Shown here piece after piece: positions 18,533-28,101 of a stretch of 64,000 nt of DNA. Under the pieces are notes generated by a model. It was not told the origin of the DNA, ran no database searches, and was given only the letters and a program-made list of their open reading frames with translations. Each line of letters starts with the position of its first letter. The first letter of the stretch is position 1. The position numbers and the translations under genes were made by a program. Source of the stretch: a virus; IMG/VR virus record IMGVR_UViG_3300045988_144737. One strand, 5' to 3'.

Positions 18533-19654
18533 CTATTCTACTAATCCATATCTACTTAAATTAATACTTGCATTAAAATCTCTATCTATAATGCAACCGC
18601 AATCTTCACAAATATAAGTTCTTTCTGATAATGATAACTTAGTTTTTATATGTCCACACTCACTGCAAGTTTTTGAAGATGGATACCACTTGTTTGCTTC
18701 AACAAATTCTATTCCATAAAACTCGCATTTATATTTCATTTTCACTTTGAAATCATATAAACATTGTTCTGCAACAGCTTTTGACAAATGACGATTTTTC
18801 ATCATTCCCTTAATATTAAGTGTTTCCATAACAACTCTTGATGGCTTGGTTTTCACTATCTTATTCGTTGCTTGGTGAATATGATTGCTTCTTATATTTG
18901 CTAATCGCCTATGAAGTAATCTAATTTGCTTTTCGAGTTTTGCAATATTCTTAGTTTTGACATACTCCTTTCCTTTTTTATTCATATCATATTTTCTTGA
19001 ACATTGTCTTTGTTTTCTCTTTAATTTTTTCTTTAGTTTTTTAACTTCTTTAGTTTTATTAATGTTTTTAAAAGTCATTCCGTTGGAACATATAGCCAAG
19101 TCTTTTATACCTATATCTATTCCAATAGATTCCCCTGTTAATTCTACATTTTTTAATTCTCTTTCTATGCCTATTGACAAGTACCAATACTTTCCGTCAA
19201 AGCTTATTCTTGGATTACTATATTTAACATCTAAAGGAATTGAATGAGGTTTAATATTAATCCATCCAACCTTTTCTATATTTACAACATTGTCCTTAAC
19301 TTTAAGTTTGACGTTATCATTATAGAATGATGGTTTAGATTTCTTTTTGCTTTTAAATCTAGGTTTACCAGCTAACCCTTTGAAGAACCTTTTATAAGAA
19401 TTACAAGCATCTTTTACAGCTTGTTTAGCTACATTATTAGATACATCATTAAGCCAAGCCAACTCACCTTTCTTTAATTGAGTTATCTCTTTTCTCAAAT
19501 CTCCATCTTTTATGAATTTACCACCATTCTTATAATTATCTTCTTGTCTTGCAAGTGTCCAATTATATATATATCTAGATGTCCCTGCTGATTGCCATAA
19601 TCTTTGTTCTTGAATTTTTGTTGGATATAATCTAACTCTTTTCGCTAGCATCAT
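18533..19654 (-). CDS. tnpB: TnpB RNA-guided endonuclease (OrfB_IS605/Zn-ribbon)
   Basis: RVRLYPT N-terminus; RuvC triad GIDIGIKD / VVMETLN / DRDFNASIN; Zn ribbon CSECGH...CEDCG. All catalytic residues are present. Confidence 0.9.
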   Translation of the reverse strand: MMLAKRVRLYPTKIQEQRLWQSAGTSRYIYNWTLARQEDNYKNGGKFIKDGDLRKEITQLKKGELAWLNDVSNNVAKQAVKDACNSYKRFFKGLAGKPRFKSKKKSKPSFYNDNVKLKVKDNVVNIEKVGWINIKPHSIPLDVKYSNPRISFDGKYWYLSIGIERELKNVELTGESIGIDIGIKDLAICSNGMTFKNINKTKEVKKLKKKLKRKQRQCSRKYDMNKKGKEYVKTKNIAKLEKQIRLLHRRLANIRSNHIHQATNKIVKTKPSRVVMETLNIKGMMKNRHLSKAVAEQCLYDFKVKMKYKCEFYGIEFVEANKWYPSSKTCSECGHIKTKLSLSERTYICEDCGCIIDRDFNASINLSRYGLVE

Positions 19655-19736
19655 CTTCTATCAGCCCCCAATTCCTAAGTGTTTGCTCAATTTTACCAAT
19701 CAACTTAGCAAACTCACCCATAGAATAATAGTTCAT
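19632..19736 (-). pseudogene. vestigial IS607-type tnpA (MerR-like HTH N-terminus only, 34 codons)
   Basis: MNYYSMGEFAKLIGKIEQTLRNWG resembles the N-terminal MerR-type HTH of IS607 serine-recombinase TnpA. The frame stops after 34 codons and overlaps the tnpB start. Confidence 0.5.
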
Positions 19737-19790
19737 GTTTATCACCTCATTTTTAACTTATGTATTAGGGGAATAAACCCCCTATTTATA

Positions 19791-20951
19791 TTATAGCTTT
19801 TTAATTGCACTTGTCAACTCAATTAAATCTTTTAAAGATAATTTTTCTAATTCTTTTAACGTTACTTCATATTGTGCAAACAATTCTTTAACTTGTTGAG
19901 CTTTTACACTATCTTTAGCATCTCTAATATTGCCCATTTTTTCTTTAATAGTGTTAACTAACTCATCTTTTCTTTCGCTAGCTTGTGATTGCTCTAATTG
20001 TTGAGATTTTTTGGCAATCATTTCTTGTTGCTCTTGTTCTTTTTTAATTTGTTCTTTTTCTTCTTCATTTGTGATTTTAGTAGTACGAGAATTTTTAACC
20101 CCTAATTCAAAAGCATCCCAAAAACTTTTTGCTGATAAAGGTAGTTTTTCAGGCAATCCAACAAATCTTCCACCAGCATCAATTAACGGATTATCATCTC
20201 TAAAATAAATCATGCGTTCACTAGAAATCAAATCCCCTGCCATTAAATTTCCAAAACTGTCTTTTTTGCCACTCGATTTAATATCTCTGTCAACAACAAC
20301 ATTCAAAACCCATTGAGATGTGCCAGCAATTGATTCAAAAGTTTTATCGTCTAGATTATTTGTAATTCGTTCATACTTCAAACCCGTTTTAGCATCTGTT
20401 TTATCTTTATTTTTTGTATGACAAATAACAATAGGGTGATAACCAGCATTTTCTAATCTTTCTAATTGACCGTTTAATAATGCAATAACCCTATCACGAC
20501 CTCTCATGAAACCACCCAAAGCGCTATTTAACGAATCTGGATATTCTCCGTATTTTTTCTTGTGTTCATCAAACACCCTTTTAGTTGCAATGTTATACCA
20601 TTCATCAAGGGTATCTATTCCCACAATTTTAATATTTTGTTTATGAGCAGTTTCTACAAGTTCATCAACAATTTCAACAAAACCTCTCGTCCACAAATCT
20701 TGTGGCAAATCCTCTTCTTCATATCCATATTCTTTAGTCCAACACGGAGCATCTTCAACTTGTAAATTATCTAGTGCTTTATATCCTTTTTCTGCTCCAC
20801 AAGAAATTAATAAACCATATTCTGGGCTTCCGTAGCGCTCAATTATCAAGTCTCTAAACATAGTTGTCTTACCTGTTTTTCGTTCACCCATGATAATCGT
20901 ATGCGGATATGAACAAATATCTGCTTTAACTGTATTAATTCTAAATGCCAT
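19791..20951 (-). CDS. AAA_24/Sak4-like RecA-fold ATPase with C-terminal coiled coil
   Basis: Walker A GERKTGKTT and Walker B VGIDTLDE; K/E/Q-rich coiled-coil tail. Confidence 0.6.
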   Translation of the reverse strand: MAFRINTVKADICSYPHTIIMGERKTGKTTMFRDLIIERYGSPEYGLLISCGAEKGYKALDNLQVEDAPCWTKEYGYEEEDLPQDLWTRGFVEIVDELVETAHKQNIKIVGIDTLDEWYNIATKRVFDEHKKKYGEYPDSLNSALGGFMRGRDRVIALLNGQLERLENAGYHPIVICHTKNKDKTDAKTGLKYERITNNLDDKTFESIAGTSQWVLNVVVDRDIKSSGKKDSFGNLMAGDLISSERMIYFRDDNPLIDAGGRFVGLPEKLPLSAKSFWDAFELGVKNSRTTKITNEEEKEQIKKEQEQQEMIAKKSQQLEQSQASERKDELVNTIKEKMGNIRDAKDSVKAQQVKELFAQYEVTLKELEKLSLKDLIELTSAIKKL

Positions 20952-20979
20952 ATTTTCTCCTCCTAAATTTATATTAAAA

Positions 20980-21015
20980 ATATTAATTATCCATCAAGAA
21001 TTTCTCAATGGATAA
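20980..21015 (-). terminator. rho-independent terminator
   Basis: 8-bp stem TTATCCAT/ATGGATAA (20987-20994/21008-21015) followed on the minus strand by a T-rich run, just after the stop at 21022. Confidence 0.6.
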
Positions 21016-21021
21016 CGTTTT

Positions 21022-22251
21022 TTAAAGTGCTAAATCGCTAAAAAAATCATCATCTCCAAACGCTTCTTCGAATTCTTTATCTAAAATAGCATCACCAACA
21101 CTCTCTTCTAACGGTTTAATCTCCACTGTTTTCATTGTTGTATTTTCATTAGTAGATTTAACCAATGATAAAACATTTGTAATATTTTTATCGGTATATG
21201 CCTCTTTATTAATTTTGCACACCAATGAACCGCTATCGTTTTTAATAGTATGCGGTCTAACAAATTCTAAATAATGAACTAAAGAACCCCCAGCAGTAGC
21301 TTCCTTTAAAGCATCTTCTTTTGTCATTAAGCCACACTCAATTTGTAATTTCATATCTTCACTTAAATCCTCATAGCCTAATTGAACTGTTTCTCCTTGG
21401 GTTACAAATAAACACTGTGTATATAATTCAATTACATAATCTTTTTGAGGTCTAAGATACGCCTTGATAACTTTTTCATATAAAGGAACTTTCTTAGCAT
21501 TGATTTTAACTTTGATTGGATATGCAACTGTTTCTTTATATTCAACTCCATTAAATTTTCCCAAATACCCAGCCACAAACGCATCACACTCTACAAGACC
21601 ATCTTCATTTGGTTTTGCTGATTGTTCTACTGAATCTTTGGTAATCAATAATGGTAAAACACAATTATAAGTCCAATTAGCCTTTTCAGATTGTTCTCCT
21701 TCGACTAATTCAATACTTTTAATTTTTGGTTCTAATCGAGAATAATTGCTACCATTTTCTTTTGTTGTTGCTAATTTTGGTTCTAAATCACCTCTAATTT
21801 TAACAATCATTCCATTTTTTAACACTTCGTTTAAGTATTTGATTGCATCGTATTCTGATAAGAATTTTTTTTCAATTAATTTTCCATCATCATCTTTACC
21901 AAGTTTAATTGTAATAAAATCATTTGGGTCAATCAACGATAGTTCATCAACATCAAATCTTCTAGACCAATCTAATACGATTCTATTAGTCCAATCTCCA
22001 ACCATTCTACCGTTCATCTCTTTTAATCCATGACAATAGATTTTGCTTGAACCATCTTTCATATATCCACCAATTAATCTAAACCAATCAGTTGATGTAT
22101 TTGAATTTACTTGAAAATCAACGCTACTATATACATAGTTAGGGTTGTTTTTTGAATCGTTATCAAACGAGAATGATTTATCACTAATAGACACTTGACC
22201 TAAACAATAAAATTTTCTTGAACCTTGTTTTAATTTAGTTTTATTTTCCAT
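21022..22251 (-). CDS. putative ssDNA-binding protein (409 aa)
   Basis: Acidic amphipathic C-terminal tip GDDDFFSDLAL resembles SSB C-terminal tails (DDDIPF). Located in the replication module; the OB fold is not verifiable by eye. Confidence 0.45.
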   Translation of the reverse strand: MENKTKLKQGSRKFYCLGQVSISDKSFSFDNDSKNNPNYVYSSVDFQVNSNTSTDWFRLIGGYMKDGSSKIYCHGLKEMNGRMVGDWTNRIVLDWSRRFDVDELSLIDPNDFITIKLGKDDDGKLIEKKFLSEYDAIKYLNEVLKNGMIVKIRGDLEPKLATTKENGSNYSRLEPKIKSIELVEGEQSEKANWTYNCVLPLLITKDSVEQSAKPNEDGLVECDAFVAGYLGKFNGVEYKETVAYPIKVKINAKKVPLYEKVIKAYLRPQKDYVIELYTQCLFVTQGETVQLGYEDLSEDMKLQIECGLMTKEDALKEATAGGSLVHYLEFVRPHTIKNDSGSLVCKINKEAYTDKNITNVLSLVKSTNENTTMKTVEIKPLEESVGDAILDKEFEEAFGDDDFFSDLAL

Positions 22252-22289
22252 ACATTTTCCTCTTTCGTTATTTGTTATTTATTTTTTTA

Positions 22290-22460
22290 TTATGGTAAAA
22301 TCACAATTTTAGTTGTATTTCCAACCCCATCTTCAATAGTAACTTCATTTTCTCCAGTTTCTTTAAATTTATTTAATAAATCTAATAACAATTCTACGTC
22401 CTTCTCTTCGATAATTAACGTAGTTTCCTTTGTTAGTGTTTTACTTTTTGTTTGTAACAT
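22290..22460 (-). CDS. small hypothetical protein (56 aa, below the ORF-track cutoff)
   Basis: ATG at 22460 preceded by AGGAGGAAAATT; translates MLQTKSKTLTKETTLIIEEKDVELLLDLLNKFKETGENEVTIEDGVGNTTKIVILP; fills an otherwise empty gap. Confidence 0.6.
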   Translation of the reverse strand: MLQTKSKTLTKETTLIIEEKDVELLLDLLNKFKETGENEVTIEDGVGNTTKIVILP

Positions 22461-22485
22461 AATTTTCCTCCTGTTTTTACTATTC

Positions 22486-22743
22486 TTAAATTAAAATCAT
22501 AATACCCTCATATTCATTAGAGACATATCCAAATATATATTCATGCTCTAAATATGATTGTAATAATTCACACACACCATCCATAATATCTCTAACTATT
22601 TCTGGCGCATTTTCATACTCTACCTCTTGTGGTGTTAATAACACCTTGTTGTAAATATATTCTTGGTTATTAATTAAATAATTTAATTCCATAATACATT
22701 TTTCAACATAATCATTAATTTCATATGGTAGTACTATGCTCAC
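22486..22743 (-). CDS. hypothetical protein (85 aa)
   Basis: ORF in a co-directional string; no motif recognised. Confidence 0.5.
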   Translation of the reverse strand: MSIVLPYEINDYVEKCIMELNYLINNQEYIYNKVLLTPQEVEYENAPEIVRDIMDGVCELLQSYLEHEYIFGYVSNEYEGIMILI

Positions 22744-22755
22744 ATTTCATCACTC

Positions 22756-22950
22756 CTAACGATTAATTAATTGTGCAACCCTTTGAATACTACGCTCTGC
22801 TTGAATACTAGGTAAAGTCACATTTTTATAATGACTTCTAATTTGAGCGTAAGTATATCCCTTCCAAGTTTTTAGTTCTTCATCAAACTCATTTCGTTGA
22901 AACCCAACTGCTTGAAATAGCTTAAACAATCGTTTTCGTTTCTTGCTCAT
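22756..22950 (-). CDS. hypothetical basic protein (64 aa)
   Basis: ORF with AAAGGAGGA upstream; overlaps the upstream ORF end. Confidence 0.5.
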   Translation of the reverse strand: MSKKRKRLFKLFQAVGFQRNEFDEELKTWKGYTYAQIRSHYKNVTLPSIQAERSIQRVAQLINR

Positions 22951-23263
22951 CTTTATCCTCCTTTAATAATAATTCTTTTATATGAAAGTATGGCACTTCA
23001 TCTTCGTATATACCATACACTCCCATTTTTGTTTTTTCTTCATCAATTATTCTAACATGACAAACTTTATCTTTTAATCTATTAATAATTTCTTCATATT
23101 TTTCATTGAATTTTCCATCATGGTTTTTATAGATTACATCGATATTCAAATATACCTCTTGATTATCTTCTAATCTATTTATCAATCCTTTATTTCTCAA
23201 TGCACTTCTTATAGACTTGTTACTAATTTTTTTAGCAAGCGCTCTTCTTTGCTCTCTATTCAT
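22922..23263 (-). CDS. hypothetical protein (113 aa)
   Basis: ORF in a co-directional string; no motif recognised. Confidence 0.5.
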   Translation of the reverse strand: MNREQRRALAKKISNKSIRSALRNKGLINRLEDNQEVYLNIDVIYKNHDGKFNEKYEEIINRLKDKVCHVRIIDEEKTKMGVYGIYEDEVPYFHIKELLLKEDKDEQETKTIV

Positions 23264-23274
23264 TTAATCAACCT

Positions 23275-23511
23275 CTAATTAGTTGCGACATAAACAACTT
23301 GTCTAGCTTGATATTTTCCTTTAAATTTTACTAAATCAAAAGAAACTTTGTCACCGCTTTGTAGGGTAATACTACTAATTACTTGTGATTTATGAAAAAA
23401 CACTTCTTCATCAATATCGTCGCAAATGATAAATCCATATTGATTTTCTTCATTATACCACTTAACCTCTCCATTCATATCTACTTTGATTTTTTCTTCT
23501 CTTTTTGTCAT
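23275..23511 (-). CDS. cold-shock-domain (CspA-like) nucleic-acid-binding protein
   Basis: GEVKWYNEENQYGFIICDD...VFFHKSQV...GDKVSFDL matches the CSD pattern G.VKWFN..KGFGFI...DVFVH. SD AGGAGGAAG precedes the internal ATG at 23511. Confidence 0.75.
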   Translation of the reverse strand: MTKREEKIKVDMNGEVKWYNEENQYGFIICDDIDEEVFFHKSQVISSITLQSGDKVSFDLVKFKGKYQARQVVYVATN

Positions 23512-23585
23512 TTTTCTTCCTCCTGTTATATTCCCTTTTAATAATAATTGTATATAAACACGCATCTATTACGTGGACTAACAAT

Positions 23586-23614
23586 ATAATAACAAATGAG
23601 TTTGTTATTGTCAA
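23586..23614 (-). promoter_or_regulatory. sigma-A-type promoter TTGACA-17-TATTAT
   Basis: Minus-strand TTGACA (23609-23614) and TATTAT (23586-23591). The spacer contains the palindrome AATAACAAActcaTTTGTTATT. Confidence 0.6.
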
Positions 23615-23662
23615 CTATTAATCACAATGAATTGTTTTTAATTTTATACCCGTCTATCATTT

Positions 23663-23887
23663 CTATAATCTATTTTCTTTAATATATTTTCTTGCATCGT
23701 ATAATGATTCAACTAAATCCTTGTTTTCTTTTCGCAAATATTCACAAATAATTTGCAAATCATCAAGTTCTTTTCTTAGGACACAATTTTCATTTGTCAA
23801 TCGCTTGATTTGTCCTTGAACATCGTCTCCTTCAAATTTATTAATAAACACATATTGCGAATGTCTAAGTTCGTTATTCCTCATCAT
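23663..23887 (-). CDS. small coiled-coil protein (74 aa)
   Basis: ORF in the string; heptad-like sequence. Confidence 0.5.
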   Translation of the reverse strand: MMRNNELRHSQYVFINKFEGDDVQGQIKRLTNENCVLRKELDDLQIICEYLRKENKDLVESLYDARKYIKENRL

Positions 23888-23907
23888 ATATCTTTTTTCC
23901 TTTCTTA

Positions 23908-24162
23908 TTATTTTTCATTACTTTGCGAATTAGAGTTTTTCTTTTTTAATAATTTGATTTCTCTATCTAAATACCATTTTGCTTTTTCTAAGTCTTCGAC
24001 GTGCTTATTAGGATTATTGGATTTTTTCTTCCCTGCTCTGCTAACATATTTAATTACATTACCCAAGCTAAACCCTAAACCCTTATCTTCGATAAAATCA
24101 ATTACTTCTATTTTACCATCTGTATAGTGAGATGGATGTGAAACATTATCATTATCAATCAT
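23908..24162 (-). CDS. DUF3310-like phage protein
   Basis: HPSHYTDGKIEVIDFIE...GNVIKYVSRAGKK...DLEKAKWYL matches the DUF3310 pattern (HY..IE.IDFI...KY..R...K...DL.KA..YL). Confidence 0.6.
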   Translation of the reverse strand: MIDNDNVSHPSHYTDGKIEVIDFIEDKGLGFSLGNVIKYVSRAGKKKSNNPNKHVEDLEKAKWYLDREIKLLKKKNSNSQSNEK

Positions 24163-24968
24163 TTATTATCACCATAACTTTCTCTAATTTTTTCCAATAA
24201 TCTAATTTGTCCTACTCCTGTAATTAATGTTTTTGTGAAAACCTTTGTTCCATATGGGGTTTTCTTTACAACTTCAACCACCTTAAACATACCATTGTTA
24301 ATATATTTTTGATAAGGATTGTTGTTACTCATCAAATAATGGTTGCTTTTCAACCATTTGAACAAATTGTTCCTTCCCATTTTTATATTTTCGTCTCTAA
24401 TGGTTTTAGCAAACTCTCCAACATCAACACAATCACTTGAATCAGATACTTGTTGAGCAAATCCAACCAATGGTTTTTGTTCAATAAGTTGTTGACTTTG
24501 TTGTTCAATTAGTTTAGATTGTTCTATTCTAACCATTTCTTCCTCAATCCATCTCTTTGCTCTTTCGATTGGGTTTTCAATCATATAACTATCTCGAGAT
24601 GCAATCATATTGTGTTTAACTTTGAAATAAGTTTCCTCTAAAATATCAAATTGTTTCCATGCTTGGTCTGTATCCAAAATCTTACTATGTCGGTTAGCGC
24701 CACGTTCAGTCCATAAATACATGCTTCTGATTTTTGATTGATTTTGTAAGTGACTATTAGTCACCTGCAAAAATTCTTTAAGTTGTTCGCCCTTTAATAA
24801 ATAATAGTCACGCCCCTCAATGAAGCGCCCTTTATTTCTCTTGAAATTTTGTTTAATATTTTCTGTTGAAGTCTCGTAAACTTCAGCCAATTGACGAGTT
24901 GTTAAAACTCTAATTCCTTCATGTTCAATAATTTGTAATTCATCCATTTTCTTACTCCTTACACGCAC
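24159..24968 (-). CDS. phage antirepressor-like protein (ORF6N + KilAC/ANT domains)
   Basis: N-terminal IRVLTTRQLAEVYETSTENIKQNFKRNKGRF (ORF6N-like) and C-terminal VGEFAKTI...NNLFKWLKSNHYLM (KilAC-like). Confidence 0.65.
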   Translation of the reverse strand: MRVRSKKMDELQIIEHEGIRVLTTRQLAEVYETSTENIKQNFKRNKGRFIEGRDYYLLKGEQLKEFLQVTNSHLQNQSKIRSMYLWTERGANRHSKILDTDQAWKQFDILEETYFKVKHNMIASRDSYMIENPIERAKRWIEEEMVRIEQSKLIEQQSQQLIEQKPLVGFAQQVSDSSDCVDVGEFAKTIRDENIKMGRNNLFKWLKSNHYLMSNNNPYQKYINNGMFKVVEVVKKTPYGTKVFTKTLITGVGQIRLLEKIRESYGDNK

Positions 24969-25531
24969 AAACTAGATACGTGCATAACACTATATCCATT
25001 GCGTTCTGCCCTACGTAAATTCTCTAATTCATCATCAATTAATAATACTTTTTCTTTGCTTAATTTTTTAACCTCTTCTTGTGGAATAAACGTTTCTAAT
25101 ATTTGCTCAATGGAATTGATTTTATATTCTTGATTACCAATAAAGAAAATATCCTCATTGTCAACAAAATCAACCCAATTTTCCAACCATTTTAATTTAT
25201 CATGTATAACAACATTATTAGGCGCTCCTGATAAAATAAACACTTTGCAACCTAATCTTTGAGATAATCTTTTAATCATCATAATATTAGATAATAATGG
25301 CTCTTTATAATAAAATTGCAACGGTTCAAACCAATTATCAATAAACATACTTCTATTATTATAATATTCTACAATAGTTCCATCCATATCTAAAAATATA
25401 TATTCAATATCTAAGGCTTGTAATCTATGTAATAATTTATCAAATTTCATTTTTGCCAACTCATTAAAATCAATTTCAAAATCACTTGTAATAGATTTTG
25501 TATTTAAAATACTATCTTTATCTAACTTCAT
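24959..25531 (-). CDS. HAD-superfamily hydrolase, 5'(3')-deoxyribonucleotidase-like
   Basis: Motif I FLDMDGTIV, motif II ILSGAP and motif IV LLIDDE. Confidence 0.6.
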   Translation of the reverse strand: MKLDKDSILNTKSITSDFEIDFNELAKMKFDKLLHRLQALDIEYIFLDMDGTIVEYYNNRSMFIDNWFEPLQFYYKEPLLSNIMMIKRLSQRLGCKVFILSGAPNNVVIHDKLKWLENWVDFVDNEDIFFIGNQEYKINSIEQILETFIPQEEVKKLSKEKVLLIDDELENLRRAERNGYSVMHVSSLCV

Positions 25532-25911
25532 CTTTGCTCTCCTTTTGTTGTTTTATTGTCTAAATCCAAGATGTTTAATCTCATACACTCTTTAAAAATC
25601 ATGTCAATATTTGGGTCATTTTTGTTTTTATTTAAACAATTGTAAAACAATTCATTATTTATCTTTTTATATTTATCAACTTTTTGAACTCGTAAATAAT
25701 CAACTAAAATGCAAGTCATATCATAATATAACAACAAATTAACAATTTTATCATTATATCCACTCAAATCAACTACACCAAAGTCAATCAAGTTTCTTAA
25801 AACTACTTGTAAAGGTATGTTTTTAGTGTCATTTTTTAAATTACTATATCTATCTCTTTCTCTAACTTCCACATCTCTCAACAAAGTATTAAAACTAATC
25901 AATGTACTCAC
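25528..25911 (-). CDS. hypothetical protein (127 aa)
   Basis: ORF with a 4-nt overlap to the downstream gene. Confidence 0.5.
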   Translation of the reverse strand: MSTLISFNTLLRDVEVRERDRYSNLKNDTKNIPLQVVLRNLIDFGVVDLSGYNDKIVNLLLYYDMTCILVDYLRVQKVDKYKKINNELFYNCLNKNKNDPNIDMIFKECMRLNILDLDNKTTKGEQR

Positions 25912-26581
25912 TCCAAACTTCTACAACCTTTCTACCCCAATCACTATTATCCCAACGACAACCAATTGTATAGGGTGTGTTTAATCCATATTTATCAACA
26001 TATTTTATTAATAATTTGAATAACCCATGAAACCCATCTTCTTGAGAAGAATAACTATGATAATTATTTTGACCACCAATGCCCCCTGGGTTGTTTTTAG
26101 TCAACCATACCGAACTAGTTCCATTGCTTGTTTCTAGCCTCCATACAGAGTAAGCAAACCCAATATCGATTTGTGGATAATTTTGAGCAACGCTTTTAAA
26201 CAATTGATTATCAATTTTATTTGGGTCAGTTAATTGAGCATTAATATTTGTATGAATATCAACACTATGGTTATACATAGCCAACCTAGCTTGTCTCTCT
26301 TGTTCTGCTTTTTCTAACTTCAATCTCTCTTCTTCTTGTTTTCTTTGCTCTTCTCTTGCCCTAGCTTGAGCAAGTGAATATTGCCTAATTCTTTCATCTT
26401 CTTGTTGTTTTTCCAATTGTTTCTTTTTAACATTGTCATCCAATGCTTTCATTTGCCTTTTTGCCATATTGGTTACTTTTTCTTTGTGCTTAGTATTTAG
26501 TTTTACAATTGGGTGAAACACCGAACTAATAGACAACATCAAGGCTGTTGTAACGCCAATTGCTTGTTTCTTTGTTTTCAT
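25895..26581 (-). CDS. membrane-anchored glucosaminidase-domain protein
   Basis: N-terminal hydrophobic anchor and an E/Q/R-rich coiled coil. C-terminal WRLETSNGTS...NNPGGIGG...SQEDGF resembles the LytD/FlgJ glucosaminidase domain. Confidence 0.55.
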   Translation of the reverse strand: MKTKKQAIGVTTALMLSISSVFHPIVKLNTKHKEKVTNMAKRQMKALDDNVKKKQLEKQQEDERIRQYSLAQARAREEQRKQEEERLKLEKAEQERQARLAMYNHSVDIHTNINAQLTDPNKIDNQLFKSVAQNYPQIDIGFAYSVWRLETSNGTSSVWLTKNNPGGIGGQNNYHSYSSQEDGFHGLFKLLIKYVDKYGLNTPYTIGCRWDNSDWGRKVVEVWSEYID

Positions 26582-26631
26582 AAAATCCTCCTATTTGAGA
26601 CAAATAACCTAATTAATTATAGACAAATAGC

Positions 26632-27588
26632 CTACAATTGATTTAATAATCCATTAGCACTCATTCTATTAACCATTTTATTTTTTGTAACATGAGAGTA
26701 AATATTTAATGTGGTACTAATATCACTATGCCCCAATTCTTCTTGTAACTCTTTAACATTTGCTCCATTTTCAATTTGAATACTTGCAAAACTATGTCTT
26801 AAACAATGAAAATGAAAGTCTTTGTAATCTTCAAATCCGTTTTTTCTTAATACCGATTTAAAATTGTTATTAATATTTCTTTTATCTATTTTATTACCAT
26901 GTTTAGTAATAAATAAAATATCATTATTTGCTTGCGGTCTATCATTAACAATATAATCTTTTATGTAGTTTAAAGTAGGTTTGGAAAATCCTAAAAATCT
27001 TTCCTTGTTTCCCTTACCGATAACTCTAACGAATCCACCATCTTCGCTTTCTTGAATATCTTTAATACAAATATTTGTAACTTCTCCATAACGCATACCA
27101 GTTTCTAAGATTAAACTGTACAAAGCCTTATCTCTTGGTTTTTTAAGACCACGAATTAATTTTAAAGCATCTTGTGTATTTAGAAATTTTGTTTCTTTCT
27201 TATTTCTAATTTTGTATTTTAACAAATATGGACTTTTGTCAATCAATCCTCTTTGATAAAAATAATTATATAGTTGTTTGATAGGCATTGTATAATTAAA
27301 TTGAGTATTAACAGACAATCCTTTTTTTACCAAAAAATAATTATATTCTTCAATATCAAAAGATGTAATTTTTAACAAATCATCCAATGTTTTAATTTCT
27401 TGGAAATCAAACCACATTTCTAAATTCTTTTTGTAAATGTTATATGTATTATCTTTGCCATCATTTTTAATTAATCCATTTAAAAATATTTCTACTTCTC
27501 TTATCATTTTCGCACGACCTCTTTCTATTTGTTTTCTTAATACAACTACATTATATAATTTATTTTTCCACAAGTCAATACAATTCAA
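26632..27588 (-). CDS. int: tyrosine recombinase/integrase (XerC/D-like); start possibly at 27507
   Basis: C-terminal catalytic region HCLRHSFAS...LGHSDISTTLNIYSHV (R..H-x-x-R...H...Y); RYGE region upstream. Confidence 0.85.
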   Translation of the reverse strand: MNCIDLWKNKLYNVVVLRKQIERGRAKMIREVEIFLNGLIKNDGKDNTYNIYKKNLEMWFDFQEIKTLDDLLKITSFDIEEYNYFLVKKGLSVNTQFNYTMPIKQLYNYFYQRGLIDKSPYLLKYKIRNKKETKFLNTQDALKLIRGLKKPRDKALYSLILETGMRYGEVTNICIKDIQESEDGGFVRVIGKGNKERFLGFSKPTLNYIKDYIVNDRPQANNDILFITKHGNKIDKRNINNNFKSVLRKNGFEDYKDFHFHCLRHSFASIQIENGANVKELQEELGHSDISTTLNIYSHVTKNKMVNRMSANGLLNQL

Positions 27589-27598
27589 TCACAAATTT

Positions 27599-27952
27599 TT
27601 AATAAATTCTTAATGCACATTTTAAAGCATTTTCTAAATCTTCCATTTCATCGTAATACAATTTGTCTAAGGTTTTTACAACTTGTTTTTTTGCAATAGT
27701 TGTAATTTGCTCACACAAACAAATACTTTCTTTGTAATTTAGATTTAATATTGTATGAGTTGGCAAGCGCTTTTTCTTTTTTGAAGTTAATGGTACAACA
27801 ATTAGAATATCGCTATATTGATTACCAACATTGTTACTAACAACAACGCATGGTCTTACACCGCTTTGAATATTATTTTCTTTTTGTTCTCCCAAATCAA
27901 CTAATACCACATCTCCTCTTTTAAAATTTTTATCTTGTTCATTTTTATCCAT
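27599..27952 (-). CDS. mazF: MazF/PemK (EndoA-like) endoribonuclease toxin
   Basis: Colinear with B. subtilis EndoA: KRGDVVLVDL, SGVRPCVVVSNNVGNQYS, IVVPLTS, LPTHT, CEQITTIAK, DEMEDLENALKCAL. SD GGAGGAAG upstream. Confidence 0.85.
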   Translation of the reverse strand: MDKNEQDKNFKRGDVVLVDLGEQKENNIQSGVRPCVVVSNNVGNQYSDILIVVPLTSKKKKRLPTHTILNLNYKESICLCEQITTIAKKQVVKTLDKLYYDEMEDLENALKCALRIY

Positions 27953-27980
27953 ATGTACTTCCTCCGTATTTGTAATTTAA

Positions 27981-28101
27981 TAAAATTATTTTTATTGATA
28001 AAACTCCGTTTTGAAAAAATATTTTTATTATGCAATCTAGGATTTTGAAAAATAAAAAATTATTTTTATTAACAAAACTATAAAATAAAAAAATATTTTT
28101 A
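27981..28101. repeat. four AAAAWTATTTTTA units (two about 75-nt repeats) in the mazF leader
   Basis: Copies at 27982, 28015, 28056 and 28089. The 24-nt cores AAAATTATTTTTATTGATAAAACT and AAAATTATTTTTATTAACAAAACT match 22/24. Confidence 0.6.

Noticed and set aside
9616-21670. Other embedded opposite-strand ORFs (9616-9843, 12984-13337, 17231-17473, 18957-19247, 20011-20208, 20562-20765, 21464-21670, 21746-22033, 23810-24127)
   Set aside because: All are antisense to longer ORFs with recognisable motifs or operon context; they are shadow ORFs.
27893-28031. TTG-initiated frame of about 45 codons in the mazF leader as a hidden MazE antitoxin
   Set aside because: It has no SD and a non-ATG start. 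Its K/N/I-rich low-complexity sequence is dictated by AT-rich DNA, it runs out of frame into mazF, and it has no AbrB- or RHH-like pattern.
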